A DNA stretch of 64,000 nucleotides from Lophium mytilinum. Its lineage: Eukaryota. Of this stretch, positions 1 to 11,511 are shown in pieces. The number at the start of each line of letters is the position of its first letter. Within the stretch, counting starts at the first letter, position 1. The notes under the pieces are model-generated. The model did no database searches. It saw only the letters and a program-made list of their open reading frames with translations, and was not told where the DNA came from. The DNA lies in the NCBI GenBank assembly GCA_010093605.1, contig MU004188.1, positions 1,057,673-1,121,672 on the forward strand, read 5' to 3'. The position numbers and the translations under genes were made by a program.

Positions 1-1182
1 GCGACATGGGTGACCACTTATTAGTGAGCTTCTCTTCCGCACCTGAATCGCCTTGTTCCAGCAATTGCGATAGGAAAGAACCATTCTCTTGACCTTGAGT
101 CATTTGATGTTTTACAAAGGCGTATGGCTTCTCCGTCACATCAGTCAAGGCAGTCCCCCATTCGCGGGCAGTCTGCTTAAACCCAGTGCCGGGAAACCAG
201 TCTGGGACGTGCTTCACTGCCATGTATAAGCTCTAGGCACGTAGCAGTTACTCAAACTTACAGAATGGCATAATGTCAACCATGAAAGCACCTGGGACGG
301 CAGCCCGGCCGAAATTCTCCATAGCATCACCCGCCATTTCGATGAGAGGATCCTTTTTGTGGGACTCCGCTGTATAGCCGTAGGCAATTTTCAAGATCAC
401 AGTACCCGCTTCCCTAGTAGCGGTAGACATTAGTAGTGGACCAGCAAAAAATACGCGCTGGCACGAAGAAAGATCATACTTTCTAATGTGCTCAATCAAG
501 TCTCTAGGCTTGGCGAGAACATGCAGTAGGAAGTGACCGACTTCCGCCTCTTGCAATGCATTGAACTGGGAGGCTAGCCCCTTGGAGCCGATGATTCGGG
601 ACATATTCTTGCGGTAGGTTCGAAAGCGATGATTATAGGCAGAGAGCCCGATCGAGTCCTCCCATCCTACCCTAGGAGCAAAGGTGTTAGCATCAGCATC
701 TTCAATATTTCCCTAGCCCCAGAAATTCCACTGAAGCTCAAGAAGGGGTGCCTCTGACATACATCTCTCCAGCAAAGACCTGCCTAGGTCGCGACGAGTG
801 AATCGCTGACCGTTTCTCCATGAGCTCAAAGGCCAGCCGTGGTTCGTTTAGAATGACCAAAGTTTGACCCATGACAGTTACAGAGCTGATCGGACCTGTC
901 ACATGGTAAGCATCAGCGGTCTTAGCACCAGGTTCGCGGTTGAGGAAAACTTGGAAAAGCCATGAGCGAGTGCCACGAACCATATAAATATTTGTGCTTG
1001 AGCCAATGGTGGGCTTCGAGTACGCCGGGCTTGGGCAGATCATTCAAGTTGCCGACGAGAGGAAAACCTCTGGGGCCAGGCGGTAGTTGAGGTTTGCTCG
1101 CATTTTTGGACCGACTTAAAATGCTGACCGCGAACAGTATGAAGAAGCCACCAACTATTAAAGTAAGGATGCTCAGAGCCAT
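1..1182 (-). CDS. Cytochrome P450 (CYP64-like/OrdA-type fungal P450), 5' part; continues past the left edge
   Basis: N-terminal TM anchor MALSILTLIVGGFFILFAV, then the proline hinge LPPGPRGFPLVGNL, then ELMEKRSAIHSSRP and ILKIAYGY...PGAFMVDIMPF; several GT-AG introns. The heme motif lies outside the window. Confidence 0.9.
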
Positions 1183-2296
1183 GTCTATTGAGGGCTCCTG
1201 GAAAGAGTTCCCGATAATGACTTCGGAATGAAACCACAACAATAATAAGAAAAGTCGTACGTGATTACGAAGTTAGTTTGTCTATAAGAACTAGCCTCGG
1301 AAGAAGACGCGGGCGGGGCTACCTTCACTATTTATTGCTGACACGTAGGACAAGACATTTCCTCTGTTAGTGCTGACCTAAGCCTGGAATCTGGTCGATC
1401 AGGCATCCCGGGAGTTGTGTTATATGTATAGTACGTAGTCTACGGCTTGACAATTTGGGTCACTATTGATGGCTGTCATTCTGTAATCGAGTTCGGTCCG
1501 CCAACTGTACAGCTTGGAGCTTCGAGAAATTGAGTGAGAAAGAGGTTGTAGAACAACCTTGGCTTCTCGTATTCCGAGTTTCACACAAATAAATCCTTTC
1601 TTCACGCGGGTGGGGTTCCGTTTGCGTATGCCGTACTCGTGAAATAAGATGATACAGGACTCTAGATATCTACTTGACATAGCCTAGCAATAGACCACTG
1701 GACTTGATAGGCGGGGAGAGTGAAGAGAGGTTGTTGGGGTTCTCCAGTTGACTTACAGTTGTCACAGCGGCTAGGGGCCGCGCGGGCGCTCAAATTGTAT
1801 GTACATACCCGCCGCCAGGAGGCCGCAACCGAGGGCTTGGCATATAAGGTCACGTGAAATTGAACTTTACCCCTAACGTTGGAATCTCTACGCCGCTACA
1901 GCGATACGATCAAGACTGGTGGAACAGCGGAGTCCTGGGCTTTATATCCCATCGAATACTGACCGTTCCGGGGTTATCAGAGTTGTCCCTCGGAGTGCAC
2001 GCCGGATCTGCACCTGCAGATCTCTAAATCTAGATGCCGCCAAAATGTGTGGCGCAAAGTAGAACCGAAAACGGCATCATCACCTGGGCATCATCTCCAC
2101 CTCCCTTTACCCCAACCAAGCTGAATCCTTCGCGTGCCAAGTCACGATTCCCATCTCGCCCTTCGTGATACCTCCATCATCCATCGCTCCGACTATCGTG
2201 TCTGCGACCTCGAGTCTACGAGCCGTATCCTAGCGCTACTGCGTGCGCGTACCCCTAACGCGCTCTCCACAGCTCTCAGGCCCATCTACACGAGCT

Positions 2297-2329
2297 ATGG
2301 AGGTCGAATCCAGCGCAACACCTTTCTAA
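2297..2329 (+). promoter_or_regulatory. Candidate uORF (MEVESSATPF*) in the histidine kinase 5' leader
   Basis: ATG at 2297, TAA at 2327-2329; lies upstream of an apparent 5'UTR intron 2424-2511 (GTGAGT...GCTGAC...ATAG). Confidence 0.45.
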
Positions 2330-2542
2330 CTCTCATCTCTTGTTGGATATACCCGGGCGTTAGTGGCCAATTGAATCTTCTTTGTTTTCAGCATTCTATC
2401 TTTACATTTTACTCTTCTTCAAAGTGAGTGCCACTGCTCTTGGCTACACTTTGCAGGGCTCCAAGGCCTAAAACTCTGTTCTGGCACGTGGGTTCAAGCT
2501 GACTTGCATAGATTATTGTATTGATCGATACTCGACTTCAAT

Positions 2543-5500
2543 ATGCTTGCTTCCTCGCCTGAGCATGCCGAGGTACGGCAACTGCATCCCCAGTGGAACA
2601 TGACCATGTTCGCTGCATCTATTGCCATCTCTTTCCTGGGCGCGTTCACATCTACCCAGCTGATGTGCCATGCAAGACTGTCGCTTCACTTCTCTAGTGT
2701 ATTAATTTGGTCTTTACTCGGAAGCATGATTTTTGGCTTCTGCAGTATCTGGAGTCTTCACGAGGTCGCCATGTTGGCCTGCGAATTTGATCTCCGCATA
2801 GGCGTCAATGCGCCACTCACTGTTCTAAGCTCGTTCCTCGCGGTCTTTTTTACCTTCCTAGCACTTGCAACCGATCTATTATGGGGCAGATATAGCGATC
2901 CAAAGCAAGGACAACGTCGCAAATCTCGCTGGATTTCCTCTGGGCGAAGATCACACAATTCCTCCCATCATCCCAAACCAAATAACCAAAGCTCTTCTGC
3001 GCCTCTCTTGACAGTCAACGAGCGCGATGACGATGAAGATCAAGAGTCAGATGAACAAATGGATCCACTGGACCCGCCATCTCCATTCTTTGCGAACAGC
3101 GCGGAAGAGCTGGCAGCGTACAACAACCATAGCTCGACATATCGATCGCCAAGTGCTTCATCAGATAGCAGCGGAGCTTTGAACAGGCCCACCCCAACGA
3201 GGAGCCAAGATGAAGAGTCACGCCCCGTCGGTGTCAGCAACGGTGTCGCACCGTCGCCTAGTGATGCTACTACAAGCGACTACTTCGGCTTTGGGGCCAC
3301 TTCAACCTATGCAAGCTCGGGCTCCATGGGGATAAGCAACACCATAGGTATGATCTACCGCCAGAGCACAGTACCCGCAAAGAACGCTTTCCTCACTACA
3401 GCCGATCTGCTCTACACCGGAAGCACTCGCCGAAATATTGGGAAAGGCTTTCTTTGGTCCCTCGCGATTACCTCGATGCACTATGTCGGCATATTTGCTC
3501 TTAACGTGCCGTCTGGCTACCTTAGATTCAATCCCTGGCTGGTCTTTCTATCCGCGTTGATCAGCTGGACTGTTTGTACAGTGGGCTGTATATTGATGGA
3601 AAAGATGGAGACATATCTTCCGCAACAGATTCTTTTCTCCGTCATAGCTTCCGCCGGGGTTGCAGCAATGCACACTACAGGGATGTTTGCAACAACATTC
3701 TACTCTGCCTCACCTCCATCGGAAGTCCGAGGCTATCCTCCCGCTCTCGCCAATGCTGTCGTAGGTATTGCATTTATTACATGCATTGCCGCTAACGTAC
3801 TACTTGCTCACTCTGCTACCGTTTCGCGCAACAAACTCGCCGAAATTGTTTCGACACGGAAGGAGCTTTGGAAGACAATCGCTCTCAAAGAGACTGCCGA
3901 AGCGGCCTCTCGCGCCAGAAGTGATTTTATTGCTTCTGCGTCGCATGAAATCCGAACCCCTCTCCATCATTTACAAGGCTATAGTGACTTGCTAGCACAG
4001 ACCGAGCTGACCGACGAGGGGCGATCGCTATTGACATCAATACAGCGCGCCACCAAGACCCTTTCTCTAAGTAAGTGCCAAGATATTGTAATTTCGAAGG
4101 CCCTATGCTCATATGCACAGTTACCAATAACGTGCTCGATTGGTCTAAATTCGAGCGTGATAGCGAGAGCTCCTATCGGCCTACAGCACTGGATATTCGG
4201 GCCGTCTGCGAGTCGGTCATAGTTCTACTGCCTAATATCGATGACGAGGGGCGGGTTCAGCTTTTCGTTATCGTGGCCCCCGATGTTCCCAAAACGCTGT
4301 TTTTGGATGAAACTTACATCCATCGTATCTTGATGTAAGTAGAACATTCTACAGATCGGCAGGGGCATTTGAAGCTAATATCTAATAGGAATCTGCTCTC
4401 CAACGCACTAGTAAGCATTTGTTAGAAGTTGGTATACGCCTACGGAGACTAATAGTCCGATACAGAAATTTACAAGAGCTGGCTATGTTCTTTTATCAAT
4501 AGAGATGCTCAACGACAACCTAATTGTCAAAGTCAAAGATACTGGCTGCGGGCTTGATCCAACTTTCATTCCGGATATGTGGACACCGTTCAAGCAAGGA
4601 GAAGTGCGAGGCTCTGCCAGAGGAACTGGACTGGGACTAAGCATTATAAAGCGCCTGCTTGCTCGAATGAACGCCTCGATCGACCTCGAAACGAAATATA
4701 TGCATTCTGAGGATGTGGGTCCCGAAAGAAGCGGTACAACACTCACAGTCACCATACCGATGCAATCAACGATGACTAGGCCCGCGACTACACCTACCGC
4801 GGACCGTCCCCGGATAGCCATTCTGTCCAAACATATGGACCGCTCCATGGAAGGCTTGCGCAACTGTTGGGAATCCTTCGAATACGAAGCCGACCTTGTG
4901 CCAAACGTGACAGGACTAACATCGAGCAAATGGAAATACATTTGGGCAGAGCTGAGCTTCCTCAACGAGAACATAGGACAGTTCAACACGCTTTCGAAAA
5001 AGAAGAACTTGTCGGTGCTTGTACCGTACGACACGCACGACTCGCTAGAAGGACTTCCAGGGATTCTCTCATCCCCGAATTTCATTATGCTGCCAAGGCC
5101 GCTCATCTGGCACACCTTCGAAAGACGGATTCTGGCGTCGAAGCATAGAAGGCAATCGACTGCCCCATCACAGGCCTTGAGGTTCGCCGCTGAGGTTGAA
5201 GTCCTGAATGGAGAGTTGGACGGAGCATCCAATGGGACATCGAACGGGGTTGCCACGGAGAAACCATCAGAGGAACCTGCGGCAAAATATGTGATTCTCC
5301 TTGTGGAGGATAATCCGGTACGTTCAATAATACATTTGTTCTCGCCCAATCAGGGCTACCCCATCCTTCAAAACCTGGCCGAGACAGAGATAATGCTGTA
5401 TGAACCAATCAGTCAACGGGCTAGGCTGCCTGGTGCAGTGGCGGCCAAAATCATTCCGAGGCTAATTCCATACTGTAGATCAACCAGAAATTGGCCACAA

Positions 5501-5832
5501 AAATGCTACTATCCCTGGGCTACCAAGTTATAGCAGCTAACAACGGGGAAGAGGCTGTCGAGCAGATCATCATGCACGACACTACCGTTGATATCATCCT
5601 CATGGACCAGTCCATGCCTGTAAAAGACGGCGTCACCGCGACACGAGAGATACGCGCACTGGAAGCAGCAGGCACACTATCCCGACGACGTCCGATCATC
5701 GCGGTGACTGCGGTGGTCAATTCAGAGTCACAAGGGGCATTCCAGACTGCCGGTGCCGATGACTTTTTGGCGAAACCGTTATCGTTGAATGTGCTAAAAG
5801 ATACTTTGTTGTGGTATCTGCCGCATGGTTAA
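2543..5832 (+). CDS. Membrane hybrid histidine kinase: MHYT sensor - HisKA - HATPase - receiver
   Basis: Hydrophobic helices with SIWSLHEVAM, TSMHYVG and AAMHTTG motifs; H-box SHEIRTPL; N-box NLLSNALKFT (built via a 22-nt exon 4389-4410); G boxes VKDTGCGL and GTGLGLSI; receiver LLVEDN...ILMDQSMP...FLAKP. Introns at about 4070-4120, 4335-4388, 4411-4465 and 5318-5478. Confidence 0.92.
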
Positions 5833-6356
5833 GAGGAGGATAAGCCATGCTGTCAGATTCTAAGAAGAGCCGTTCCAATTTCTACGGAAGCAAAGCAGTC
5901 GTAGAACCAGTCCACGATGGAATACTCGGACTTCCAAGCCACGGATACTAGGCTGGAGGGAACCAAGAATGAGCTCAAACAGCCGTTATGTCTCTACCAA
6001 AAACAACATAGACGTTGCTGAACGCCAGCTCCTACGCCACGGCACCTTAGGCTCTCGACCGGAAGTCGCCATGGTATGACTAGGGAGTCGACGCCCGGGC
6101 GTACGAAATTCATAGGTTGGAAAGATTACGGAAATGATCTTAGCAGATTAATTACTTAGAAGAAGGAAAAGAAGTGCTTGTTGCCGCTTGGCCCCACACG
6201 ACGAATCATGAATTGTAGAAAATCCCATGTCACAATAGCTTTAGATAATTACCAAATTTGACAGTGTATTATTTTCAGACCACTTCATTCGAGGCATCTG
6301 TCTACCCCCGAGACACACGACTATCTTACACGTGATTACAGCTGCACACCAAACAT

Positions 6357-7214
6357 CTACAACTTCGCCCTCCCCAACCCCTCAATCTCCTCTCTCAGCA
6401 CCCTCCGCATCTCCCCCGCCAACTTCGCCCCTTCGTCGTCGTCAAGCTCATCGCGCTGGCCTCGCCCGAACATGGTCCAGCTCTTGCTCTGCACCTGCGG
6501 CATCGTCTCTGGCCGCGGGATGATGTGGAAGTGGACGTGTGGGACGACCTGGGCAGCGCGGGCGCCTGGGAAGGAGATGGGTTAGAACGATGGAAATTCA
6601 AAGGCTGGACTGCGTCTGGTGGTTGCTAGATTCGTGAGGGGGTTGCTTACCGTTGTTTTGGACGATGTTGTAGTCAGTTACGCCTGTTACCTTCGCGACT
6701 GTTCGCGAGAGTAGGGGGAGCCAGAAGCCTGTTGTTGTGTTCTGATTAGATATATTTTCTTTCTTTATCATAAAACGTGACGGCATGGTCATTCGGCTCT
6801 TGAATCCAGCAATCGAAGCAACCCAATTAACGAACCGGAGAAACAGAGTTCGGACATCAAAAATAGTAAGACGTTTCAAAACAACCAACACATCTATAAT
6901 TCAATTCGGAAGACAAATAGAATGATCAAAAACCTACCAACCTCCCTCGCTACCTCGCCCACCACATCCCCCACAATCCCTACATGCCCCCTCGTGGCCA
7001 CGAGCAGGTGCCCCGCCGTCATAGGCAGGATGTCCAGGAAAGCGACGACATCGCGCGACGCCAGCACGACGAACGCGCTCGGCGACACGCGCTCTGGGTC
7101 CGCGGTCGCGTCGGTGGGGACGCTGGCGGCAAGGGTTGACGAGGACGCGGGCGCGGACGGGGCGGGATACGCGGCGGCGATGGCGCAGAAGGGACAGGGG
7201 CTGGTGTCGTTCAT
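6357..7214 (-). CDS. HIT (histidine triad) family nucleotide hydrolase with C-terminal AKL
   Basis: CPFCAI, AFLDILPMTAGHLLV, YNIVQNNG / intron / AAQVVPHVHFHIIPR; 3 exons; ends GLGRAKL-TAG (stop 6357-6359). Confidence 0.9.
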
Positions 7215-7834
7215 TGCATTGAGGCTGGCGGCACTGCGTAACTTTGGTGGGTTGGTTACTGGGGTGCTGTTATGGGGGCGGCGGCATGCTGTGTTGTGTT
7301 TAGGTACTTCAATTGGGAGGACGTGACGTCTATGAGGCGGTGGGAGACGAGGCTGGATGGGAAAGTTGCCGAGGTTGGAAATAGAGAAATTCTAACCACT
7401 CTTTCTACAACTTCTTATGGCAATGTTGTATATATTCATGTGTGTTTCGACTCTCGCAATTAATCAATCAACTCAAATCCCATAACCTTCCTGGGATTCT
7501 CGTGGAACCTAAAACCGTGTATCCAACTTCTCTAACATTTATCTATCCTTTCAGTCCCCCAAGCTAGCTAATTTCCATTATTGGGCATTGTACATTCGAA
7601 CGTATGCAAAATTGGGATGCCCGAGGGGAAATGCTGTCAACCCATCTTTCTTTGAACAAGGACTAAAGATGGGCGAGCAGCCGAAGAAGGACTGAATCCT
7701 CGTGAATTTGAATTCTGCGGTTAGCTCTCTGCTCGATGATAGCGGTAGAAAGCTCGGATACTTAATCTATAAAGATTAAATATAAGTCGCAACTGCACGC
7801 TCGCAAACGCCCATTAGGTGGACGTGATACCATT

Positions 7835-9121
7835 TCATGTAGCGGTACTTGCTCTCCTTTGAGCCGCTTCCTCAACATCTTCAATCTGAGCACCCAGAAG
7901 TGCAGTTTCCTCGTCAACAGCTGCGGTCTTCGGTGTGTCTTTAACGGCTTTCTGAGGCTTCTGTAGCGCCGACCACAACGTACTCGCGATTACTATAGCT
8001 CCACCAACAAAGCTCGACATCCCAGGAAGAACACCCCAGATACTCCAGTCAAACAACAACGCAAACACCACTTGAGTGTATAGGATGCTAGTTGCCTTGC
8101 TGCTTTTGTCAAGCTGCAGCCCAGCCGTGAGAAGAAACTGCAGTATGAATCCCAAAACACCGAGGAGAGAGAGGAGTGCCCATTCTCGAGGACCTTGAGG
8201 TTTGACGAACCCGATGTTAGGTGTGATAAGAAGTATCAAAGTAGAGCCAACCGTGCTGACGAAGGCAAAGTAATTGACAGAGACGAGGGCATGAGCTCTG
8301 TCGCCAATGACTCGGATCATTGTATACGCTCCAGAAGCTCCTAGAACTCCCAGGACAGAGATAGCAATCGCAATGAGACGCTGTGTTGTAGTCACTTCGT
8401 CCACTGGGTTACCCATATTTGTACTGTTGGCTTTGTCGCCAAAGAGAGCAGCAGGATGAGCAATAATAACCACACCAACCAAAGCGAGAACTCCAGCGCA
8501 AAGGTCTTTCCATGAGAAGACTGCACCCAGGAGTAGTGAGCAAGCCCACGCCGTAACAATCGGTACTAGGAATCTGAAGACAGTGGCTTCGGCAAGAGGC
8601 AAATAATGCACCGAGTCTAACGACACCTTCAGTAGCCGCCCACCATTGCGATATGAATACGGGATTATGTGAAATAATGGAATCTTACAATACAGGCACC
8701 AAAGTCCAAAGAATCCAAACAAGGCACGCAGGACTAGTAAACCCCTAACACTCTTTTTCCCCAAAGGAAAGTCGTGAACTTTGGTCAACCACATATACAT
8801 TGAACTCAGGACGAAAGTCACACTCATGCGTGCAACGATAATCTGGTAATGGCATAAAGATTAGTGAACAGAAATGGGGAATTTGGAGAAATAATAGTGA
8901 CAAACCTGGAACGGATGCATGCCACCGTCGCCTAGCTGGAGAAAGCGAGCTATTGCATCCATTGACGACCCGGCTACCTGAGCGAGAAGAATTAAGAAAA
9001 CTCCTTTGTTGTTATGGTATACTCTTCTCCAGGCTCTCTCCCGTGTTGGTTGTCCGGACGTCAACGTCTCGTCAGGGCCTTCATCCTGCGCATCCTGTGG
9101 CTGGGGGTGAGATATGGGCAT
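7835..9121 (-). CDS. EamA/DMT-family multi-pass membrane transporter
   Basis: About 10 hydrophobic helices; motifs LVLRALFGFFG, YLPLAEATV, QFLLTAGLQ...ATSILYTQVVFA; two introns. Start codon is approximate. Confidence 0.85.
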
Positions 9122-9832
9122 TCTAGAGAGGTGTAGGATCAAGAGGATCTGACTATGGTATTCATAGAGTTTATTTCCATAGCAGTGTCTAAGTATGAAT
9201 CGAGGCTGGAAATTTTCAGATACGCGTGACTATCACTTATGTCAGCACTACAACTAGTCTTCTCTTGGCCAATGAGCGTTTGCTCTTGGTATGGCCCGAA
9301 TAGACCCTCGTAAAACGGCGTTACAAACGTCCAATTTCGGGTTGGTATTCATCAGAAACCTGCGATTGGCTAAGCAATTCCAACTTCACAAGCTCCACTC
9401 TCTTTTCAGGAATCCACTCATTCAGCTTCTCGCACAACTCATCCAAACCCTCTTCATCCCCTTCAAATTCGCCAGAAGGACGCCGTCATGATAAGGATGA
9501 GCTACGCCATGCAAGTACAATATATACGAGTATCCACAAGAACCCCACACCATAAGCTCCTTAAACAGGATATACAATCCCAAAACGTCTACAACAAGAG
9601 ACGCTTACTAATCAACACCGCAATGTTGCGTCAACATTTGAAAAGGCTAAGCGGTATCTTATCATGTTGCAAGCTCTAGGGACTAACTAATCTTACTAGT
9701 AAACATGGCTGCTCCAATGCTCGCGTCTATATAAAAGCCGCGCCCTATTATCCACAATCTATTTCCCAACACATAAGAGCCGCACCACTCCCAACTGCAT
9801 ACCCACCCATCCCAACTCCCCCTCCTCCAACA

Positions 9833-10816
9833 ATGCCTTCCACCTCAAACAACTTCGTCCTACCTCGCCCCGGCTTCGCACCCAGCCCCCCAGTCCCCCC
9901 AATCCCAGCCCCTTCGGAATCCGCCTTCACCACCACCTTCGGCGCCCTTCTCCCCCCAGCCCAATACCTCCACCTCCACCAAGGAAACGCGGCCTACTAC
10001 CCTCTTCCCCCATCCACCCCCTCCCCCAACCCCCCGCGGATCCTCCTCATCCACGGCGTCCAAACCCCCGCCCTGGGCCTCCTCCCCCTCGTCCGTGCCC
10101 TCCGCGCCTCTTTCCCAACCGCGCACCTCGCGCTCCTCGACCTCTGGGGCCACGGCCTCAGCGACACACCCGTCCTCCCCCACACCCCCGCCCTCTTCCA
10201 CTCCCTCCTCGACGCCGTCTTCGACGCCCTCGCCTGGCCCACCGCCCACCTCATCGGCTACTCCTTCGGCGGCGCGCTAGCCGTCGGCTACGCCGTCTCA
10301 CGACCCTCCCGCGTGCAGAGCTTCACGCTCGTCGCGCCGGCGGGGCTGATCCGCTCCGCAGCGCTCACAGACGAGGAGCGGGGGCACCTGCGCGGCGGGG
10401 GGGACGAGGCGGCGGCGCGGCGGTGGGTGCTAGAGTTCCTCGGGGGGTACGAGGCGCCGCCGGGGGATTGGAGGGAGCGGGTGGCGCGGGGGGAGGTGGT
10501 TGCGGAGGCGGTGCGGGCGTGGCAGATGCGGGAGCATGGGGGCCATGGGGCGTCTGTTGTTGCGGTGGTGAGGGATGCGGGGCCGTTTGATAGTGATGCG
10601 GAATTTTTGAAAGCGGTGCAGACGGGGATTCCGTCGCTTGTGGTCTTGGGGGAGCTGGATGAGGTGTGTGCTGAGCGGGACATTAAAGAGCTTGGGTTTG
10701 GGAATGTTGTTGTGGTTCCGCAGGTTGGGCATGGTGTCGTTAGGGAGCGAGTGCCAGAGGTCGCGGGGTTCATCAGCGACTTCTGGACGAAAATCAACTT
10801 GACCAGCAGCGGTTGA
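9833..10816 (+). CDS. Alpha/beta-fold hydrolase, intronless
   Basis: LLIHG oxyanion motif, DLWGHGLSD, nucleophile elbow GYSFG, GELD acid and VGH histidine; TATATAAAAG at about 9728. Confidence 0.9.
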   Translation: MPSTSNNFVLPRPGFAPSPPVPPIPAPSESAFTTTFGALLPPAQYLHLHQGNAAYYPLPPSTPSPNPPRILLIHGVQTPALGLLPLVRALRASFPTAHLALLDLWGHGLSDTPVLPHTPALFHSLLDAVFDALAWPTAHLIGYSFGGALAVGYAVSRPSRVQSFTLVAPAGLIRSAALTDEERGHLRGGGDEAAARRWVLEFLGGYEAPPGDWRERVARGEVVAEAVRAWQMREHGGHGASVVAVVRDAGPFDSDAEFLKAVQTGIPSLVVLGELDEVCAERDIKELGFGNVVVVPQVGHGVVRERVPEVAGFISDFWTKINLTSSG

Positions 10817-11511
10817 AAGAGACCGTGATGGTAGACGATGCGAGATTAGGAAAGGAGAAGGTACTAGAAGCAGATCAAACGTAGACACCTAGAATAGTGA
10901 GAAAGTTGGTAAGAAACCTTTTATTGCCATGCTATCAACATCAATCCAAGGGGTGAAGAATCCCATCAAAGCCCGCTGAGAGAAAAACACCGTGACCCCA
11001 ACCGACCCCCCAAAAGCAGCACAGCAAAGACAATGATTTCGGACCGATAGTGATAACAAGGTTAAGGTATCAGGTCTAGAAAAGAGAAGCGGAGGTCGCA
11101 GGCACTCATACACAAAACGAGTACAAGAGAGTACCGCTCTATCAAACCTACTTCGTTTTGGCAGAGTCCACCTTGCCGCTCACTAATCATACATGATGCC
11201 CAACCGGCTGCAAGCAATCAAGCCAACACGTGTGACCGCGCTGTCGGCCTTCTTGCCGCAGTGTCGAGCTTTATCCAGAGATACCCAGACGAATGTAAAA
11301 ATCGTCCTATTAGACGCCGCCCAGCAGGATGGAAAAGAGATGAGTATAAGGAAATGCCACCCGATGTGGAACGCCGTTTGAAACCCAAAATGCAGCATGC
11401 AGAGATATCCATCGTCGACGAGGAGAGCCAAGACGCGTGTGAATAGTCGTCATTGAGTATCATGATTGCTTGAGAAATGAGATGATGAGTCATCAAAGCG
11501 CGAGGACAACA

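Noticed and set aside
2005..2022. Inverted repeat GATCTGCA-CC-TGCAGATC
   Set aside because: An 8-bp stem is expected by chance in 64 kb; no supporting context.
4483..5349. 288-aa antisense ORF over the histidine kinase
   Set aside because: Shadow frame of a real coding exon with no recognisable motifs; the same applies to antisense ORFs over RML2, aldA, VPS11, the LIM gene and others.
1..10816. Secondary-metabolite cluster (P450, transporter, hydrolase)
   Set aside because: No PKS, NRPS, terpene or RiPP backbone gene in the window; the neighbours are unrelated housekeeping-type genes. Sequence left of the window is unseen.
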